Origin: an uncultured Spirochaetota bacterium | Lineage (GTDB): Bacteria; Spirochaetota; Spirochaetia; SZUA-6; Fen-1364 | DNA: 64,000 nucleotides | NCBI GenBank assembly: GCA_963781885.1 | Contig: CAWAHW010000001.1 | Coordinates: 96,001-160,000, forward strand | Reading direction: 5' to 3' | Part shown: positions 20,567 through 31,780 of the stretch, piece by piece | Layout: each line of letters opens with the position of its first letter | Position numbering within the stretch: the first letter of the stretch is position 1 | Made by a program: the position numbers and the translations under genes | The notes under the pieces: model-generated | Database searches by the model: none | The model's input: the letters and a program-made list of their open reading frames with translations, nothing else | What the model was told of the DNA's origin: nothing

Positions 20567-21169
20567 ATGAGGAAAACAAAGGCGTCGGAAGTCGGCAGTG
20601 ACAGAAAGCGTCGGCTCGGCGGACGCAGCCAGCGGGTGCAGGCGGCCGTCTTCGCCGCGACGATCGACGTGCTGTTGGAGCGCGGCTACGAGGGTTTCAG
20701 GGTATCGGATGCGGCGGCGCGGGCGGGGGTCAACCCGACCTCTGTCTATCGGCGGTGGGGGACCCGGGAGGCGCTGCTCACAGAGGCCCTCTTGAGCCGG
20801 GTTCGGGAAGAGCTGCCGGTTCCACACACCGGGGCGCTGCGTGCGGACCTCGTTGGGTTCCTCACGAGCCTGGCGGCATTTCTCCAGTCACCGCTTGGAA
20901 CCGCGCTGCTCCAGATCAGCACCATCGGCCTGCACCGTCCGGAGCTCGCCGGCTACCAGCAGGCCTACTGGAGGGAAAGGGCGTCTCTGGTGGAAGAGAT
21001 ATTCGAGCGCGCGCTCATGAGCGGTGAGATCCCGTCTGCCCTGGATGCCACGCTGACCCTGGAGCTTCTGGCCGGGCCGATCTACGTCAGGACGCTCTTT
21101 TCCGGCCAACCGTTTGACCGTCTGGCGGCTGAAAGAATCGTCGATCGCGTGCTCGGCGCGCCGCGATAG
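20567..21169 (+). CDS. TetR/AcrR-family transcriptional regulator
   Basis: HTH 'ERGYEGFRVSDAAARAGVNPTSVYRRWGTRE'; C-terminal 'PHTGALRADL'. Confidence 0.93.
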   Translation: MRKTKASEVGSDRKRRLGGRSQRVQAAVFAATIDVLLERGYEGFRVSDAAARAGVNPTSVYRRWGTREALLTEALLSRVREELPVPHTGALRADLVGFLTSLAAFLQSPLGTALLQISTIGLHRPELAGYQQAYWRERASLVEEIFERALMSGEIPSALDATLTLELLAGPIYVRTLFSGQPFDRLAAERIVDRVLGAPR

Positions 21170-21266
21170 GAAAGAACTTCGCGTCGCGGTCGCCGTGCGC
21201 CGCGGTTGCCTCTTCCCGGATGCCGCGCCGCTCGTCCAGCCGGATTCCGCGGACGGTCTTTACCTG

Positions 21267-22437
21267 TCACCAGATTCTCACCGCGTGCTCGCCCACGCCT
21301 TCGAATTGATCATCCGGGCAAAGGTGGCTGCCCAGCGCCGAGGGTGGCCATGAGGTTTCGGCGGCGGCGTCCCGCAGCAGCGGGAAAAGATCGTCGCAGG
21401 ACACGAGGCTCGCGCGGCCGCGATACGCCTGCGTGCAACGGATCGAGGCCAGCGCGACAAACGGCAGCGTGAACAGCTTCCACCAGCCGCGCCGATCCAC
21501 GAGCGCCTGTCGTATGGCGGTGGAACATGTCTGCACGGGCAGCCCTTCCAGGCGGCGCACGTCGAGGAATGTCGGGATGTCCTTCTCCTCGCCGTCGCGA
21601 CGGAGAAAGACCGCGGACACCCGGTGTCGTCGCCCGTCGCCCGCCGGGAAGCGTGAGATCATTCCTTCCTCGAGCTTCTGAATCGTATCCGGTGCGTGGG
21701 TCGCGGGGTGGAGCCGATGATAGTGGTCGCCTCCCGCGATGTAGAAGGCGTGCAAGGCCTGGCCGGGATTCATATCCAGGATCCTGAAGAGATTTTCCTC
21801 GCCGGATTCGTCGCCGCCGCGCGCAACGGAGGAGTACTCGAACAAGGGATGAAAAAGCTCAAGGACGACCTTTGCGATTGAGTGACGGACATACTCCGGA
21901 GCCATGTCCGGCTTGCGCGCGTCCTGCCCGGGCAATCACGAAGATGACCTTGTCCAGAAGGAGTCGCTCCATGGCGGCAAGCCCGCCGAGCAGGTGCGCC
22001 CAATGGAGCGGATTTGCGGCCGTCGGGAATATCCCGATTCGCAACTCCCGCTCGACGCATGGCACAGGCTCCATGTCCTCGGAATGGCGAAGTCTTGCTC
22101 CCGGCCTGATTTTCCCCTCGGTCACCAGTCGTGCGATCTTGGCAAGAGAGGCGAGGGTGCATTGTTCGAGCCGGGCAAAGTCGCCCGCGCTCCCGATTGC
22201 GCCAAGCGCCCTTTTCATGGAGTGGATGTCGGCTAACACGTTTCGCGCGATCGGGGTGATCAGGGTCCCTTCGTCCAGAAAGTGCCTGCTCTCATACATT
22301 CCTTCCCATCTTCCTTTCACTGGAGATTCTGGATACAAACCCTGAGCCAACTGACGGATTGCGACCTCCAGCAAGAGAGATTTTAACCTGCTACATATCT
22401 CCTTAATATTCAAGAAAATAGAGTGGAGGCCCTTCAT
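21267..22437 (-). CDS. HUP-fold nucleotidyltransferase (NadD-like) with an N-terminal extension; frameshift near 21930; start uncertain
   Basis: 'RIGIFPTAANPLHWAHL' (HxGH-like), 'LDKVIFVIA', 'FYIAGGD', and C-terminal 'CSTAIR' (ISST-like). Confidence 0.6.
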
Positions 22438-22589
22438 TCGCCCCGGATGCGATCGTGACAGTCGCTCGATTCAGGAGATGCCATTATCCAAAAAGTTGTG
22501 ACTTTGAAAGAAATGGAACACCTTGGGAACAATCCTTCGGGAAGGCTGCTTGGCGTCCAAAGGCCCCGCGTCGCTTGCCCCCCGCACGT

Positions 22590-22924
22590 GCCGGACCTTC
22601 GGCAATTTCAGCCGCTTTGTCCGGCCCGGCTTCCGCCGCATGGAGACGACAGGCCCGGAGAACACGCACGGCCTCCTGGTGTCCGCCTATCGGGATCCCC
22701 AGGCCGGCACGCTGGTTGTCGTGGCGGTCAACAGCGGTCCTTCCGATGTGCCCGTCCACGCCCGGATCCCGGACAGCGAGCAGCCGATTGAGTTCGTGCC
22801 GTGGCTGACCTCGGCCCGATCGGGCGACGACCTTCGCCGCCTGGATCCTGTCGCAACCGACCAGACCTGGATCGTGCCCGGCCCGGTCCGTGGAAACATT
22901 CGTGAGCCGCTAGTAGCTGCCTGA
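22590..22924 (+). pseudogene. Remnant of a GH30-type glycoside hydrolase C-terminal beta-sandwich
   Basis: 'FGNFSRFVRPG.R...LLVSAYRDP..GTLVVVAVN...WLTS' resembles GH30 C-termini; there is no catalytic domain upstream. Confidence 0.6.
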
Positions 22925-23028
22925 CGCGGCGCCGGGACGTCAATCGAAATGGCAATCAAAGCGATATTGTGCATACTACAGGCATTCCGCTCACGTCCCG
23001 GGTCAGGTCGAAAAAGAGGAGTCGCCGG

Positions 23029-24771
23029 ATGGGCAACGTTGCCAGACAAAGTTTGATGCTCTTCCTGCTCTGCGTCGTCCCCCGCGTGCTGCCCGCGGAA
23101 GATTTTTCCCTTCTCCCGTCAGCCCTTGCAACCACTTTCATGCTTGGCTCAAATCTCTCCGATCTCAACGCCGATTCCATGGTCGCGGTCCGCGGCAACA
23201 CGGTCACGCGCATGACCAACGGTGACTGGTTGGTGGCCGGGATGGAGCGCGGCATCGGCGTCGACCTCCCATTCGACAAGCCAAGCCTTTGTCGCCCTTT
23301 TGCCGCTAGGATCTCCGCGCAGGGACGGATGATCTGGCGGACCTACCTCGGCGACTGGACCCGGAGCGTCCAACAAGATCAAGACCACCGGACAGGGTGG
23401 GCATTCGAAGATCAATCCGGCGCCTTTTTTCTTGCAGGCAGCATGCTTGACTTCAGGTACAGTCATTTCGTCAACTGGATCGCACGGCTGGATGCCAATG
23501 GCATTCTCCTCTGGTCGAAGGATTTCGAGACTGACAAGGGGTTCCTGATCGACTCGGCATGCCTGACTGACAACGGCAACCTCGTTGTCAGCTTCAACGG
23601 GTCAAAGTCCGCTCCTTCCACCATGGACGATCCCACGGAGGTGCTTTGGTTCGTCAACGCGAAGGGGGATGTCGTCGATCGCGCCGTATTTGACGCGGGA
23701 GATCAAGGGGGGCATTACAGGGCCGCCTCTCTCACCCGTGATGGCGACGGAGCTCTCCTCCTCCTCGGAGATTCCACGGACCGTTCCATTGCCGACGCAT
23801 CCCCCGTCATGCATCTTGCGCGTTTCAGCCCGGTGGGGGTCGCCCTGTGGTCGATAGGGCTCGAATTCCCGCAGGGTCACGACGGGAACATCGTCATCAG
23901 GCCTGCGGGATTGCTTGTCGAGGGCGGCTCGTATGTCGCCTATGCGTCGGTAAAAGGGTCGAATTATAGCGGCCTTCTTTTTGCTCGGATCGATAAAAGC
24001 GGCTCGCTCCTTCAGCAGAAAGCTCTTTTCACGTCAGAGGCGGGCTTCGACTTCGAGCGTCTCAGGAAGACGGATCAAGGATACGAGGAGATTGTCTCCC
24101 TGGTCGGGGCTCGCGAAGCCGCTCCCACCTTTGCCATGCTTCAGCTCGACAAGGATTTCAATCTCTTGCACGTCTTGGAATCCGATGGTGGGTTGGCGTG
24201 TGTTACCCTGGCCGTGTTTCCCGACGATGCGTCCACGACGGTGTTCTCCAACATACTGGCAGACAAAGTCCCGGTGGCTGTCCTTGCCAGCACTGTTGAG
24301 GTTTCACGGATGAGGGAGGGGCGCATGACATTCTCGGAAAGCGACGATCTCGGCGAGCGGAATCAAGCATTACGTTTGTACGATGCGGCTCGCTTTTCGA
24401 TACAACTCTGGCAAATGCATCTCACAACAGGCTTTGACAACGCCCTGGGGACGTATCCGCCCGCCCCGCGAAACGACTTGCCCCTTCCGCTTCAATGGCT
24501 GGCAGGCCATTCGTCGCACCCGCCTGACACGCAAATTCTCGCAGCGACGACCATTCGTTCAGGCGTTCCGTTGCATGTCACGCCCAGCGAACAGTCGCAA
24601 ATCATCACGACTCTCGACCAGGGCACGATCGTCCATGTGTTGGACGTTGGATCCATTCCGACCGCGGCCGGTGGGCTCTTGGGCCGTTGGTACAAGGTCC
24701 TGATCACCAACGGCACCAGCGGATGGATCCATGGTCCCTCCCTCGAGATCGAATACGAGGTGAAGCAATGA
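23029..24771 (+). CDS. Exported beta-propeller-like protein with a C-terminal SH3b domain
   Basis: Hydrophobic N-terminus; repeated blade motifs 'ARLDANGILLWSK' and 'ARISAQGRMIWR'; SH3b-like 'LHVTPS...TTLDQGT.V...WYKVLITNGTSGWIHG'. Confidence 0.65.
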   Translation: MGNVARQSLMLFLLCVVPRVLPAEDFSLLPSALATTFMLGSNLSDLNADSMVAVRGNTVTRMTNGDWLVAGMERGIGVDLPFDKPSLCRPFAARISAQGRMIWRTYLGDWTRSVQQDQDHRTGWAFEDQSGAFFLAGSMLDFRYSHFVNWIARLDANGILLWSKDFETDKGFLIDSACLTDNGNLVVSFNGSKSAPSTMDDPTEVLWFVNAKGDVVDRAVFDAGDQGGHYRAASLTRDGDGALLLLGDSTDRSIADASPVMHLARFSPVGVALWSIGLEFPQGHDGNIVIRPAGLLVEGGSYVAYASVKGSNYSGLLFARIDKSGSLLQQKALFTSEAGFDFERLRKTDQGYEEIVSLVGAREAAPTFAMLQLDKDFNLLHVLESDGGLACVTLAVFPDDASTTVFSNILADKVPVAVLASTVEVSRMREGRMTFSESDDLGERNQALRLYDAARFSIQLWQMHLTTGFDNALGTYPPAPRNDLPLPLQWLAGHSSHPPDTQILAATTIRSGVPLHVTPSEQSQIITTLDQGTIVHVLDVGSIPTAAGGLLGRWYKVLITNGTSGWIHGPSLEIEYEVKQ

Positions 24772-26510
24772 AATCGCCGGCTGTCCTGGTGACGATCTTT
24801 GCCTTCCTTCTGGGCGCAGGGTCGTCGTGGGCGCAATCAGCGCAGAACACGCCGGCTGTCACGGCGTTCTCCCCTTTTGTCATCGGCTCGACCTATGGCA
24901 CTTCGAACGACGTCGCCGTTGTCGTCGATCCAACCGACGCACAAAACCTCCCCAATGGCGACATATTGATCACGGGCAACACGGGCACGGGAGGAATCCC
25001 CTGGACCGCGGGCACGGACTCGGCGTCGTTTCTCATGCGCGTCACAGGGACGGGCGAAATCGTTTGGCAACGATGGCTTCGTCCAATGCGCAATTGGGGA
25101 ATGCTGCGCGCGCAAGCGTTCGCCTTCAGCGCGACCGGAGAAATCTATGTCGCGGGCGTCTGTCATCTCCACCCTACCCTCCACCCCGTGTCAGTGAATC
25201 CCCAATTCGAAGCAGGAATGCACAAGCTCGTGCTGCTGAAATTCTCTGCCGCTGGCTCCCTGCTCTGGCAGGAAGGCTTTCAAGTGACCGCTCCTGACGA
25301 ATTGGTAAGAAGCCTCGTTGTCAACGACAGCGGCGACGTGTGCATCCTGTTCGGACCGGAAGAGAATTATTCGAGGGAATTGTGGAAAGTCGCGGGGGAT
25401 GGTCATGTCCTGTGGCAGCGCACCCTGTTCTCGTCGATGGGATCCATCTACCTGAACTGGCGGTCCATGGCGGTGGATCGGGACGGGTCGGCGACGCTGG
25501 TGGGTGAATGCGACGATTCGTTCAACGGAAACAAAGTGGCGCTGCTGAATGTCGATGCTGCGGGGACCGCAATCAGCTGCAGCTACACCGCAATAAACGT
25601 GGCGCAGAAGGGACCGTTCGCCGTTACGGGGGCTCTTCCGACGCAGCAAGGATTCATGATCTACGGCCTTGTTGCGGAAAAGAGAGCGGAGACTCAACGT
25701 GTCGCGCTGGCCGTTGCGGAAATCAGCCGCGAAGGAAAGCCAATCCGTCAGGGAGCAGTTGCGGTGCCGTCGCGTCATGCGATCGAGGATATCCGGCTTT
25801 TCGCCCATGGCGCAGGGTGGATCGCGAGTTTTTCCACCAGCACACAGCGGACCGTTCTCGCCGACTTCGATGAGAACCTTGTTGCGACAGGCGTCACCCA
25901 GGTCGACTCGCCTTTCATTATCCGGCCTCTCTGCGCCATTCTCTCCTCGACTGGTGACCTCTGGGCTGCATCCGCGGTATGGGTCGATACGGAAATGCCC
26001 TTCGTCTTTTCTTTCGCGGCATTCGATCCTTTCGATGGCATGCGGAGTGAGCCCATGGACCACTCGCTCTTGGACATCGGCGTTGAGCCGCGGGACGGAC
26101 CTGACATGGAGCTCATCCAGTCCGAGTCAACGCTTCCCGGTACCGCTCCTCTTATGGCCTCCGATTCCCCTGTCACGGTCTACCCCGTACGTGCCGGGGA
26201 CGGCGAGTTTGCCGGTTTTCGATGGCTTGCGACACATGACTTCTTTCCCCGGTACGGGGAAGTACTCAGCTGGGCCACCATCAACGATACCCGTGTCCGG
26301 CTTCGCGACGCCCCCGGGCTCGCATCACGAACGATCAAACTTCTGGATAAGGGGATTGGAGTGCACGTCATGGACAGAAGCGCTTTTCCATCGCAGGTGG
26401 ATTCCATGAATGCGCCCTGGTACCACGTTCGGCTCGTGGATGGAACCGAAGGGTGGGTTTACGGCGCTTATGTCACCCTTCATGATGAGGGCGAGGGATC
26501 GGGCGACTGA
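24768..26510 (+). CDS. Exported beta-propeller-like protein with a C-terminal SH3b domain (paralogue of the upstream gene)
   Basis: Signal peptide 'SSWA|Q'; blade motifs 'KFSAAGSLLWQE'; SH3b 'VRLRDAPG...LLDKG...WYHVRLVDGTEGWVYGAYV'; ATGA overlap. Confidence 0.7.
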   Translation: MKSPAVLVTIFAFLLGAGSSWAQSAQNTPAVTAFSPFVIGSTYGTSNDVAVVVDPTDAQNLPNGDILITGNTGTGGIPWTAGTDSASFLMRVTGTGEIVWQRWLRPMRNWGMLRAQAFAFSATGEIYVAGVCHLHPTLHPVSVNPQFEAGMHKLVLLKFSAAGSLLWQEGFQVTAPDELVRSLVVNDSGDVCILFGPEENYSRELWKVAGDGHVLWQRTLFSSMGSIYLNWRSMAVDRDGSATLVGECDDSFNGNKVALLNVDAAGTAISCSYTAINVAQKGPFAVTGALPTQQGFMIYGLVAEKRAETQRVALAVAEISREGKPIRQGAVAVPSRHAIEDIRLFAHGAGWIASFSTSTQRTVLADFDENLVATGVTQVDSPFIIRPLCAILSSTGDLWAASAVWVDTEMPFVFSFAAFDPFDGMRSEPMDHSLLDIGVEPRDGPDMELIQSESTLPGTAPLMASDSPVTVYPVRAGDGEFAGFRWLATHDFFPRYGEVLSWATINDTRVRLRDAPGLASRTIKLLDKGIGVHVMDRSAFPSQVDSMNAPWYHVRLVDGTEGWVYGAYVTLHDEGEGSGD

Positions 26511-26588
26511 CGGGCGTCTTCCCGGCGACCCGTCGAACCAGCCCTTCCGCATCGTCGCCTTCCCGCCTCATCAGGGGCGGCTCATTCC

Positions 26589-28355
26589 CTAGAACAGCCC
26601 CTTCACCCTTCCCGTGTTCACGTCCACGTCGATGTTGCGGAAGGCAGGCTCGGAGGCGGTGCCGGGCATGAGCTTGATGTCCCCTGCCACCGGCACGATG
26701 AAGCCCGCGCCGCGGTACTGGAGGATGTCGCGAATGGGAAGCGTCCAACCCTTCGGCCGGCCCTTGATCGTCGGGTCGTGTGAAAGCGACAGGTGCGTCT
26801 TCACCATGCAGGTGCCCAGCTTTGAAAGCTCGGGGTCAGCCTCGATTGCCTTGAGCTTCTCCTGCGCAACGGGAGTGTAGGAGACGCCGTCGGCGCCGTA
26901 CACCTTCGTGGCGATCAGGCGGATGCGCTCGGAGAGCGGCGTGGAAAGCTCGTAGAGGAACTTGAACTTCGAAGGCTGGCTGCAAGCGTCCACGACGGTC
27001 TCCGCGAGCTCGCGCGCGCCTTCCCCGCCTTTTTCCCAGTGCTTCGAGACGGCAACGCGCGCGCCGCCCTTCTCTGCCGCCTTCTTGATAATGGCGATCT
27101 CGTCCTCGGTGTCCGTGTAGAAGTGGTTGATGCAGACGACGGGCTCGATGCCGGAAAGCTTGATGGTCTGGATGTGGGCAAGAAGATTCTCCAAGCCCTT
27201 CTCCACGAGCCCTACGTTCTTCTCCGTGTACGCCTTGTCCAGCGCCTTGCCCGGGGCGACCTTGGGTCCGCCGCCGTGCATCTTCAGGGCGCGCACGGTG
27301 CAGACAAGCACGGAGCAGTTCGGCGTGAGGCCGCTGAACCGGCACTTCAGGTTCCAGAACTTCTCGAACCCGATGTCCGCGGCAAAGCCGCTCTCCGTCA
27401 CGTGGTAGTCGGCAAGCTTCAGGCCGACACGATCCGCGATGATGGAGGACTGGCCGATGGCGATGTTGGCAAAGGGCCCCGCGTGCACGAGCACAGGCTG
27501 ACCCTCGATGGTCTGCAGGAGGTTGGGATTGATGGCCTTTGCCATGATGGCCGTCATGGCGCCATCCACGCCGAGGTCGTGCGTGGTCACGGGCTTCCCC
27601 GTCTTGCTGTACGCCACGACGATCCTTCCCATGCGCTCCCGCATGTCCTTGAGGTCCGCCGCTACCGCGAGGATGGCCATGATCTCGGAGGAGACGGTGA
27701 TCTGGAAACCGCTCTTCATCATGAAGCCGTCCATGTCCGAGCCCAGGCCGATGATGATCTCGCGCATGGCCTGCGCGCAGAAGTCGATGGCCCATCCCTG
27801 CGCGATGTTGCGCGGGTCGATGTCCAGGCGCTCCAGGCCCCGCTTTGCGAGGCCGGCATCTCCGTAGTTGAACTCGTGCTGCATGCGGGCGGTGAGGGCA
27901 ACCATGGAGAGGTTGTGGGCGTTCGTGATGGCGTCGATGTCGCCGGTGAGCCCGAGGGAGAAATCGCTGAGGGGGATGCACTGCGCAAGACCGCCGCCCG
28001 CCGCGGAGCCCTTGATATTGAATGTCGGCCCGCCGGACGGCTGTCGGATGGCGCCGATCACCTTCTTGCCGATCTTCCCCAGGCCCTCCACGAGACCCAT
28101 CGTGGTCGTGGATTTTCCCTCCCCCAGCGGCGTCGGGGTGATGGCGGTGACCTCGACGTACTTCCCGTCGGGCTTTCCTTTGAGCCGGTTCAGGATGCTC
28201 ATGTAGTCGAGCTTCGCGACGAAGTGCCCGTAGGGCAGGAGCTCCTTGTCCTGGAGCCCCAGCTCCTTCGCGATCTGCGTCACCGGTTTCATGCCTTCCT
28301 CGGCTTCCTCGGCGATCTGCCAATCCTTCATTGACTTCGGGTCGAGCTGTTTCAT
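26589..28355 (-). CDS. fhs: Formate--tetrahydrofolate ligase
   Basis: '[16 protein letters not shown]', '[19 protein letters not shown]', 'HAGPFANIA', '[14 protein letters not shown]', 'ALKMHGG', 'MPG'. Confidence 0.97.
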   Translation of the reverse strand: MKQLDPKSMKDWQIAEEAEEGMKPVTQIAKELGLQDKELLPYGHFVAKLDYMSILNRLKGKPDGKYVEVTAITPTPLGEGKSTTTMGLVEGLGKIGKKVIGAIRQPSGGPTFNIKGSAAGGGLAQCIPLSDFSLGLTGDIDAITNAHNLSMVALTARMQHEFNYGDAGLAKRGLERLDIDPRNIAQGWAIDFCAQAMREIIIGLGSDMDGFMMKSGFQITVSSEIMAILAVAADLKDMRERMGRIVVAYSKTGKPVTTHDLGVDGAMTAIMAKAINPNLLQTIEGQPVLVHAGPFANIAIGQSSIIADRVGLKLADYHVTESGFAADIGFEKFWNLKCRFSGLTPNCSVLVCTVRALKMHGGGPKVAPGKALDKAYTEKNVGLVEKGLENLLAHIQTIKLSGIEPVVCINHFYTDTEDEIAIIKKAAEKGGARVAVSKHWEKGGEGARELAETVVDACSQPSKFKFLYELSTPLSERIRLIATKVYGADGVSYTPVAQEKLKAIEADPELSKLGTCMVKTHLSLSHDPTIKGRPKGWTLPIRDILQYRGAGFIVPVAGDIKLMPGTASEPAFRNIDVDVNTGRVKGLF

Positions 28356-28515
28356 CCGTGTTGTCCTTTCGGAAACCGCGCGCTGCGCAGGAGCGTGGCG
28401 ATCCATCCAAAGCCTATCCCCCGTCGGCCTGCCGGTCTTGTACCTGAGTGTACTCTTTTTGTAAAATCCTGCTACATCGCGCCCCACCGACGGGGCGCAG
28501 GGAAAGGAAATAAAA

Positions 28516-30312
28516 ATGGCGCGAACCCTCCCCGCACGCGGCACGATCGAGCAGAAGCATACATGGAACGCGAAGAGCGTCTTCGCCACGCCCGCCGCGT
28601 GGGAAAAGGAGCTTGCGGCGATCCTTGCGGAGATTCCCGGGGTCCGGGCCCACGAGACGCGCATGGCCACAGGCCCTGCCGCGCTTGCCGACGGCCTCCT
28701 TGCCGTCGAGCAGCTCATGGCGCGCATGATGAAGATCATCGTCTACGCCGGCTTCTCCTACAGCGTCGATACGACGGATTCCCCGGCGGCAGCGATGAAC
28801 GACAAGGCGCAGGGCGCCTTCGGGCAGGTGAGCGCCGCCGTGTCGTTCCTCGACCCCCTGCTCCTGGGCATCGGAAGGGACACCGTCAGCCAATGGCTCA
28901 AGAGCGAGCCGCGCCTGGCCGTCTACAAGCATTACCTGGACAATCTCTGGCGCAAGCAGGCGCACGTGCGCTCCGCGGAGGTCGAGGAGCTCCTGGGAAT
29001 GGTCTCCGATCCCTTCTTCGGTCCGGGCAACACGGCGAACATGCTGGTGAATGCCGACATGAGATTCGCCGATGCCCGTGATGAGAACGGAAAAAAATAC
29101 GAGGTGACGCAGGGCAGCCTGTTCAAGATCCTGGAGAATCCCGACAGGGCGCCCCGGCGCGGCGCATGGACGAGCTACATGGAAGGGCACGCGGCGGTTC
29201 GCAACACGCTTGCCGCGACGCTCACCACCTCCATCAAGCAGAACGTGTTCAAGAGCAGGGCGCGGAAGTTCGATTCGGCGCTTGCGGGCGTGCTCGACCC
29301 CGACAATATTCCCACGGACGTCTTTCACAACGCCATTGACGTCTTTCGACGGAAGCTCCCTCTCTGGCACCGCTACTTCGACGTCCGTCGCCGCGTGCTG
29401 CACTTGAAGAGCCTCCACCACTACGACATGTGGGCGCCGCTCACGAAGAAGAAGGTCCGCATCCCCTTTGAGAAGGCGGTGGACCTCATCTGCACCGGGC
29501 TCGCTCCCATGGGCGGCGACTACGTCGCCGCGGTGCGCAAGGGGTGCATGAAGGACCGCTGGGTCGACATTTATCCCAACCGGGGCAAGCGAAGCGGCGC
29601 GTTCTCTTGGGGCACATTCGGCACGCATCCCTTCATCATGATGAGCTATGTCGACGACATCACGAGCCTCAGCACCCTTGCGCACGAGCTGGGCCATTCC
29701 ATGCATTCCCTGTACACCTGGACAGCACAGCCCTTCCTGTATGCGGGCTACTCGACATTCGTCGCGGAGGTGGCGTCCAATTTCCACCAGGCCCTCGTTC
29801 GGGATTCGCTTGTGAAGGGGGAACCGAGCCTGCGCGTCGCGGTCATCGAGGAAGCCATGGCCAACTTCTTCCGCTATTTCTTCATCATGCCGACGCTCGC
29901 GCGCTTCGAGCTCGCGACGCATGAGAGCGTGGAAAAGGGCGAGCCCCTGACAGCCGACGTGATGATGGACCTCATGACCGGGCTCCTTTCCGAGGCATAC
30001 GGCGCCGGCGTCGCCGTCGAGCGGGAACGGGAAGGCCTGCTCTGGGCCACCTTTCCGCACCTCTACGAGGATTACTACGTCTTCCAGTACATGACGGGCA
30101 TCGCGGGAGCACAGGCTCTTGCCGGCCGCGTGCTGCGCGGAGAGCCGAATGCCGTGCCGGCCTATATCCGCTTCATCTCGGCCGGCTCCTCCGACTACCC
30201 CATCGACGTGCTGCGCAAGGCGGGCGTCGACCTGGCGCATCCCGATCCGGTGGAGGAAGCCTTCGACGTCATGGCGGGCTATATCGACCAGCTCGAGGAG
30301 CTTCTGCTCTAG
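28516..30312 (+). CDS. pepF: Oligoendopeptidase F (M3B)
   Basis: '[16 protein letters not shown]', '[12 protein letters not shown]', 'FVAEVAS', 'PHLY..YYVFQY'. Confidence 0.95.
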   Translation: MARTLPARGTIEQKHTWNAKSVFATPAAWEKELAAILAEIPGVRAHETRMATGPAALADGLLAVEQLMARMMKIIVYAGFSYSVDTTDSPAAAMNDKAQGAFGQVSAAVSFLDPLLLGIGRDTVSQWLKSEPRLAVYKHYLDNLWRKQAHVRSAEVEELLGMVSDPFFGPGNTANMLVNADMRFADARDENGKKYEVTQGSLFKILENPDRAPRRGAWTSYMEGHAAVRNTLAATLTTSIKQNVFKSRARKFDSALAGVLDPDNIPTDVFHNAIDVFRRKLPLWHRYFDVRRRVLHLKSLHHYDMWAPLTKKKVRIPFEKAVDLICTGLAPMGGDYVAAVRKGCMKDRWVDIYPNRGKRSGAFSWGTFGTHPFIMMSYVDDITSLSTLAHELGHSMHSLYTWTAQPFLYAGYSTFVAEVASNFHQALVRDSLVKGEPSLRVAVIEEAMANFFRYFFIMPTLARFELATHESVEKGEPLTADVMMDLMTGLLSEAYGAGVAVEREREGLLWATFPHLYEDYYVFQYMTGIAGAQALAGRVLRGEPNAVPAYIRFISAGSSDYPIDVLRKAGVDLAHPDPVEEAFDVMAGYIDQLEELLL

Positions 30313-30360
30313 ACGCGACCCTTGCCATGACGTGCCGCATCCCCTATTCTCCCGTACGGC

Positions 30361-31780
30361 ATGAAGCCCCGGACATTCTTCGCGTCGCTGGACGCTGAAA
30401 GCAGCCGCGCCAACTCCCTGCTCTGCGTGGGTCTCGACCCGGCGCTGGACGTGCCCGCAACGGAGCTTTTCCCGCGCATGGCCGCGATCATCGATGCCAC
30501 CGCCACCTTTGCCTGCGCGTTCAAACCGAACAGCGCGTTCTACGAGGCGCGCGGCATTGAGGGCTGGACGGCTCTGCAGAAGCTGATCGCGCACGCGCAT
30601 GAGGCGGGGCGTCCCGTCATCCTGGACGCCAAGCGCGGCGACATCGCTTCCACCGCGGATGCCTACGCGCAGGCCTGCTTCGACGTGCTGGGCGCCGATG
30701 CCGTCACCGCCAGCCCGCTCCTTGGCGCTGACAGCGTTGCAAGCTTTGCCCGACGCGGCGACAAGGGTGTTTTCCTCCTCTGCCACACCTCCAATCCCGG
30801 TGCGCGCGACCTGCAGGAGCGCGACGTTGAGGGCAGGCCGCTTTTTCTGCATATTGCGGCCGAAGCTCAGAAATGGAATGCGCAGGGAAACGTGGGGCTC
30901 GTGGTCGGTGCGACATACCCCGAGACCGTGAGCAGGGTACGCGCGGCAGCGCCCGGCATGTGGATCCTGCTGCCCGGGGGTGGGCACGCAGGGTGGAGAC
31001 CTGGAGACGAGCCTCGCCGCCGGGCTGAACGGGCAGGGCAGCGGCGTGCTCGTCAATGTCTCCCGCGCCATTTGCCAGGCGCCGGATCCCGCGAGGGCTG
31101 CCCGCGAATACCGCGACAGGATCAACGCGGCACGGGCTGCCGCGCGCGCGCAACCGGCCGCGGGGCTCGCGTCGGACACCGCACGCTTGCTCGCGGACGA
31201 CGTGGCGCTTGGCCTCCACGCGCTCGGCGCGGTCAGGTTCGGGGAGTTCACGCTGAAGTCCGGCCAGAAGTCGCCCCTGTACATCGACCTGCGTCTCCTC
31301 GTGAGCGATCCTGCTCTCATGTCAGTGGTGGCCCGCGCCATGGCAGGTATCCTGGCGACGCTTCAGTTCGACAGGATCGCCGCGATTCCCTACGGCGGCC
31401 TTCCCATCGGCCAGGCGGTGTCCCTTGCGGCGGGAAAGCCGCTCATTTACCCGCGCCGGGAAGCGAAGGACTATGGCACGAAGAAGCTGATCGAGGGAAA
31501 ATACGAGAAGGGAGAGACTGTCGTCGTGCTCGACGACCTGGTGACCACGGGGGGCAGCAAGCTGGAAGCCCTCGCACCTCTCACCGATGCGGGCCTCTCC
31601 GTGCGCGACGTCGTGGTGGTCGTGGACCGGGAGCAGGGCGGCGCCCGGGAGCTTGCCGAACACGGCCTGCGCCTCCACGCGGTGCTCAGCCTGAGCGAGC
31701 TGCTGGACGCCCTCGTGCGGCATGGACGCGTCACCGGCAAGGTGCGGGAAGATGTGCGCGCAGCCCTCGGAATCGCCTGA
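30361..31780 (+). CDS. pyrF-pyrE: Bifunctional OMP decarboxylase / orotate phosphoribosyltransferase; one extra G in the run at 30976-30980
   Basis: 'LCVGLDP', 'FKPNSAFYE', '[11 protein letters not shown]', 'TSNPG', 'LVVGAT', then '[18 protein letters not shown]' and '[12 protein letters not shown]'. Removing one G restores [11 protein letters not shown]. Confidence 0.92.

Noticed and set aside
28356-28460. ZTP or THF riboswitch upstream of fhs
   Set aside because: The conserved cores could not be matched by eye, so it is not called as a feature and is kept only as a weak finding.
30976-30980. Programmed frameshift or phase variation in pyrF (also lipA and pyrK)
   Set aside because: The runs are short, the break falls inside a conserved domain, and similar indels occur throughout the window.
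28414-31341. Long antisense and alternative-frame ORFs (for example 975 aa here; also 13729-15408, 34695-36404, 58487-60094 and the N-terminal part of 61536-63890)
   Set aside because: These are shadow ORFs of high-GC genes, rich in Arg/Ala/Gly/His with no recognisable motifs, and they overlap well-supported CDSs.
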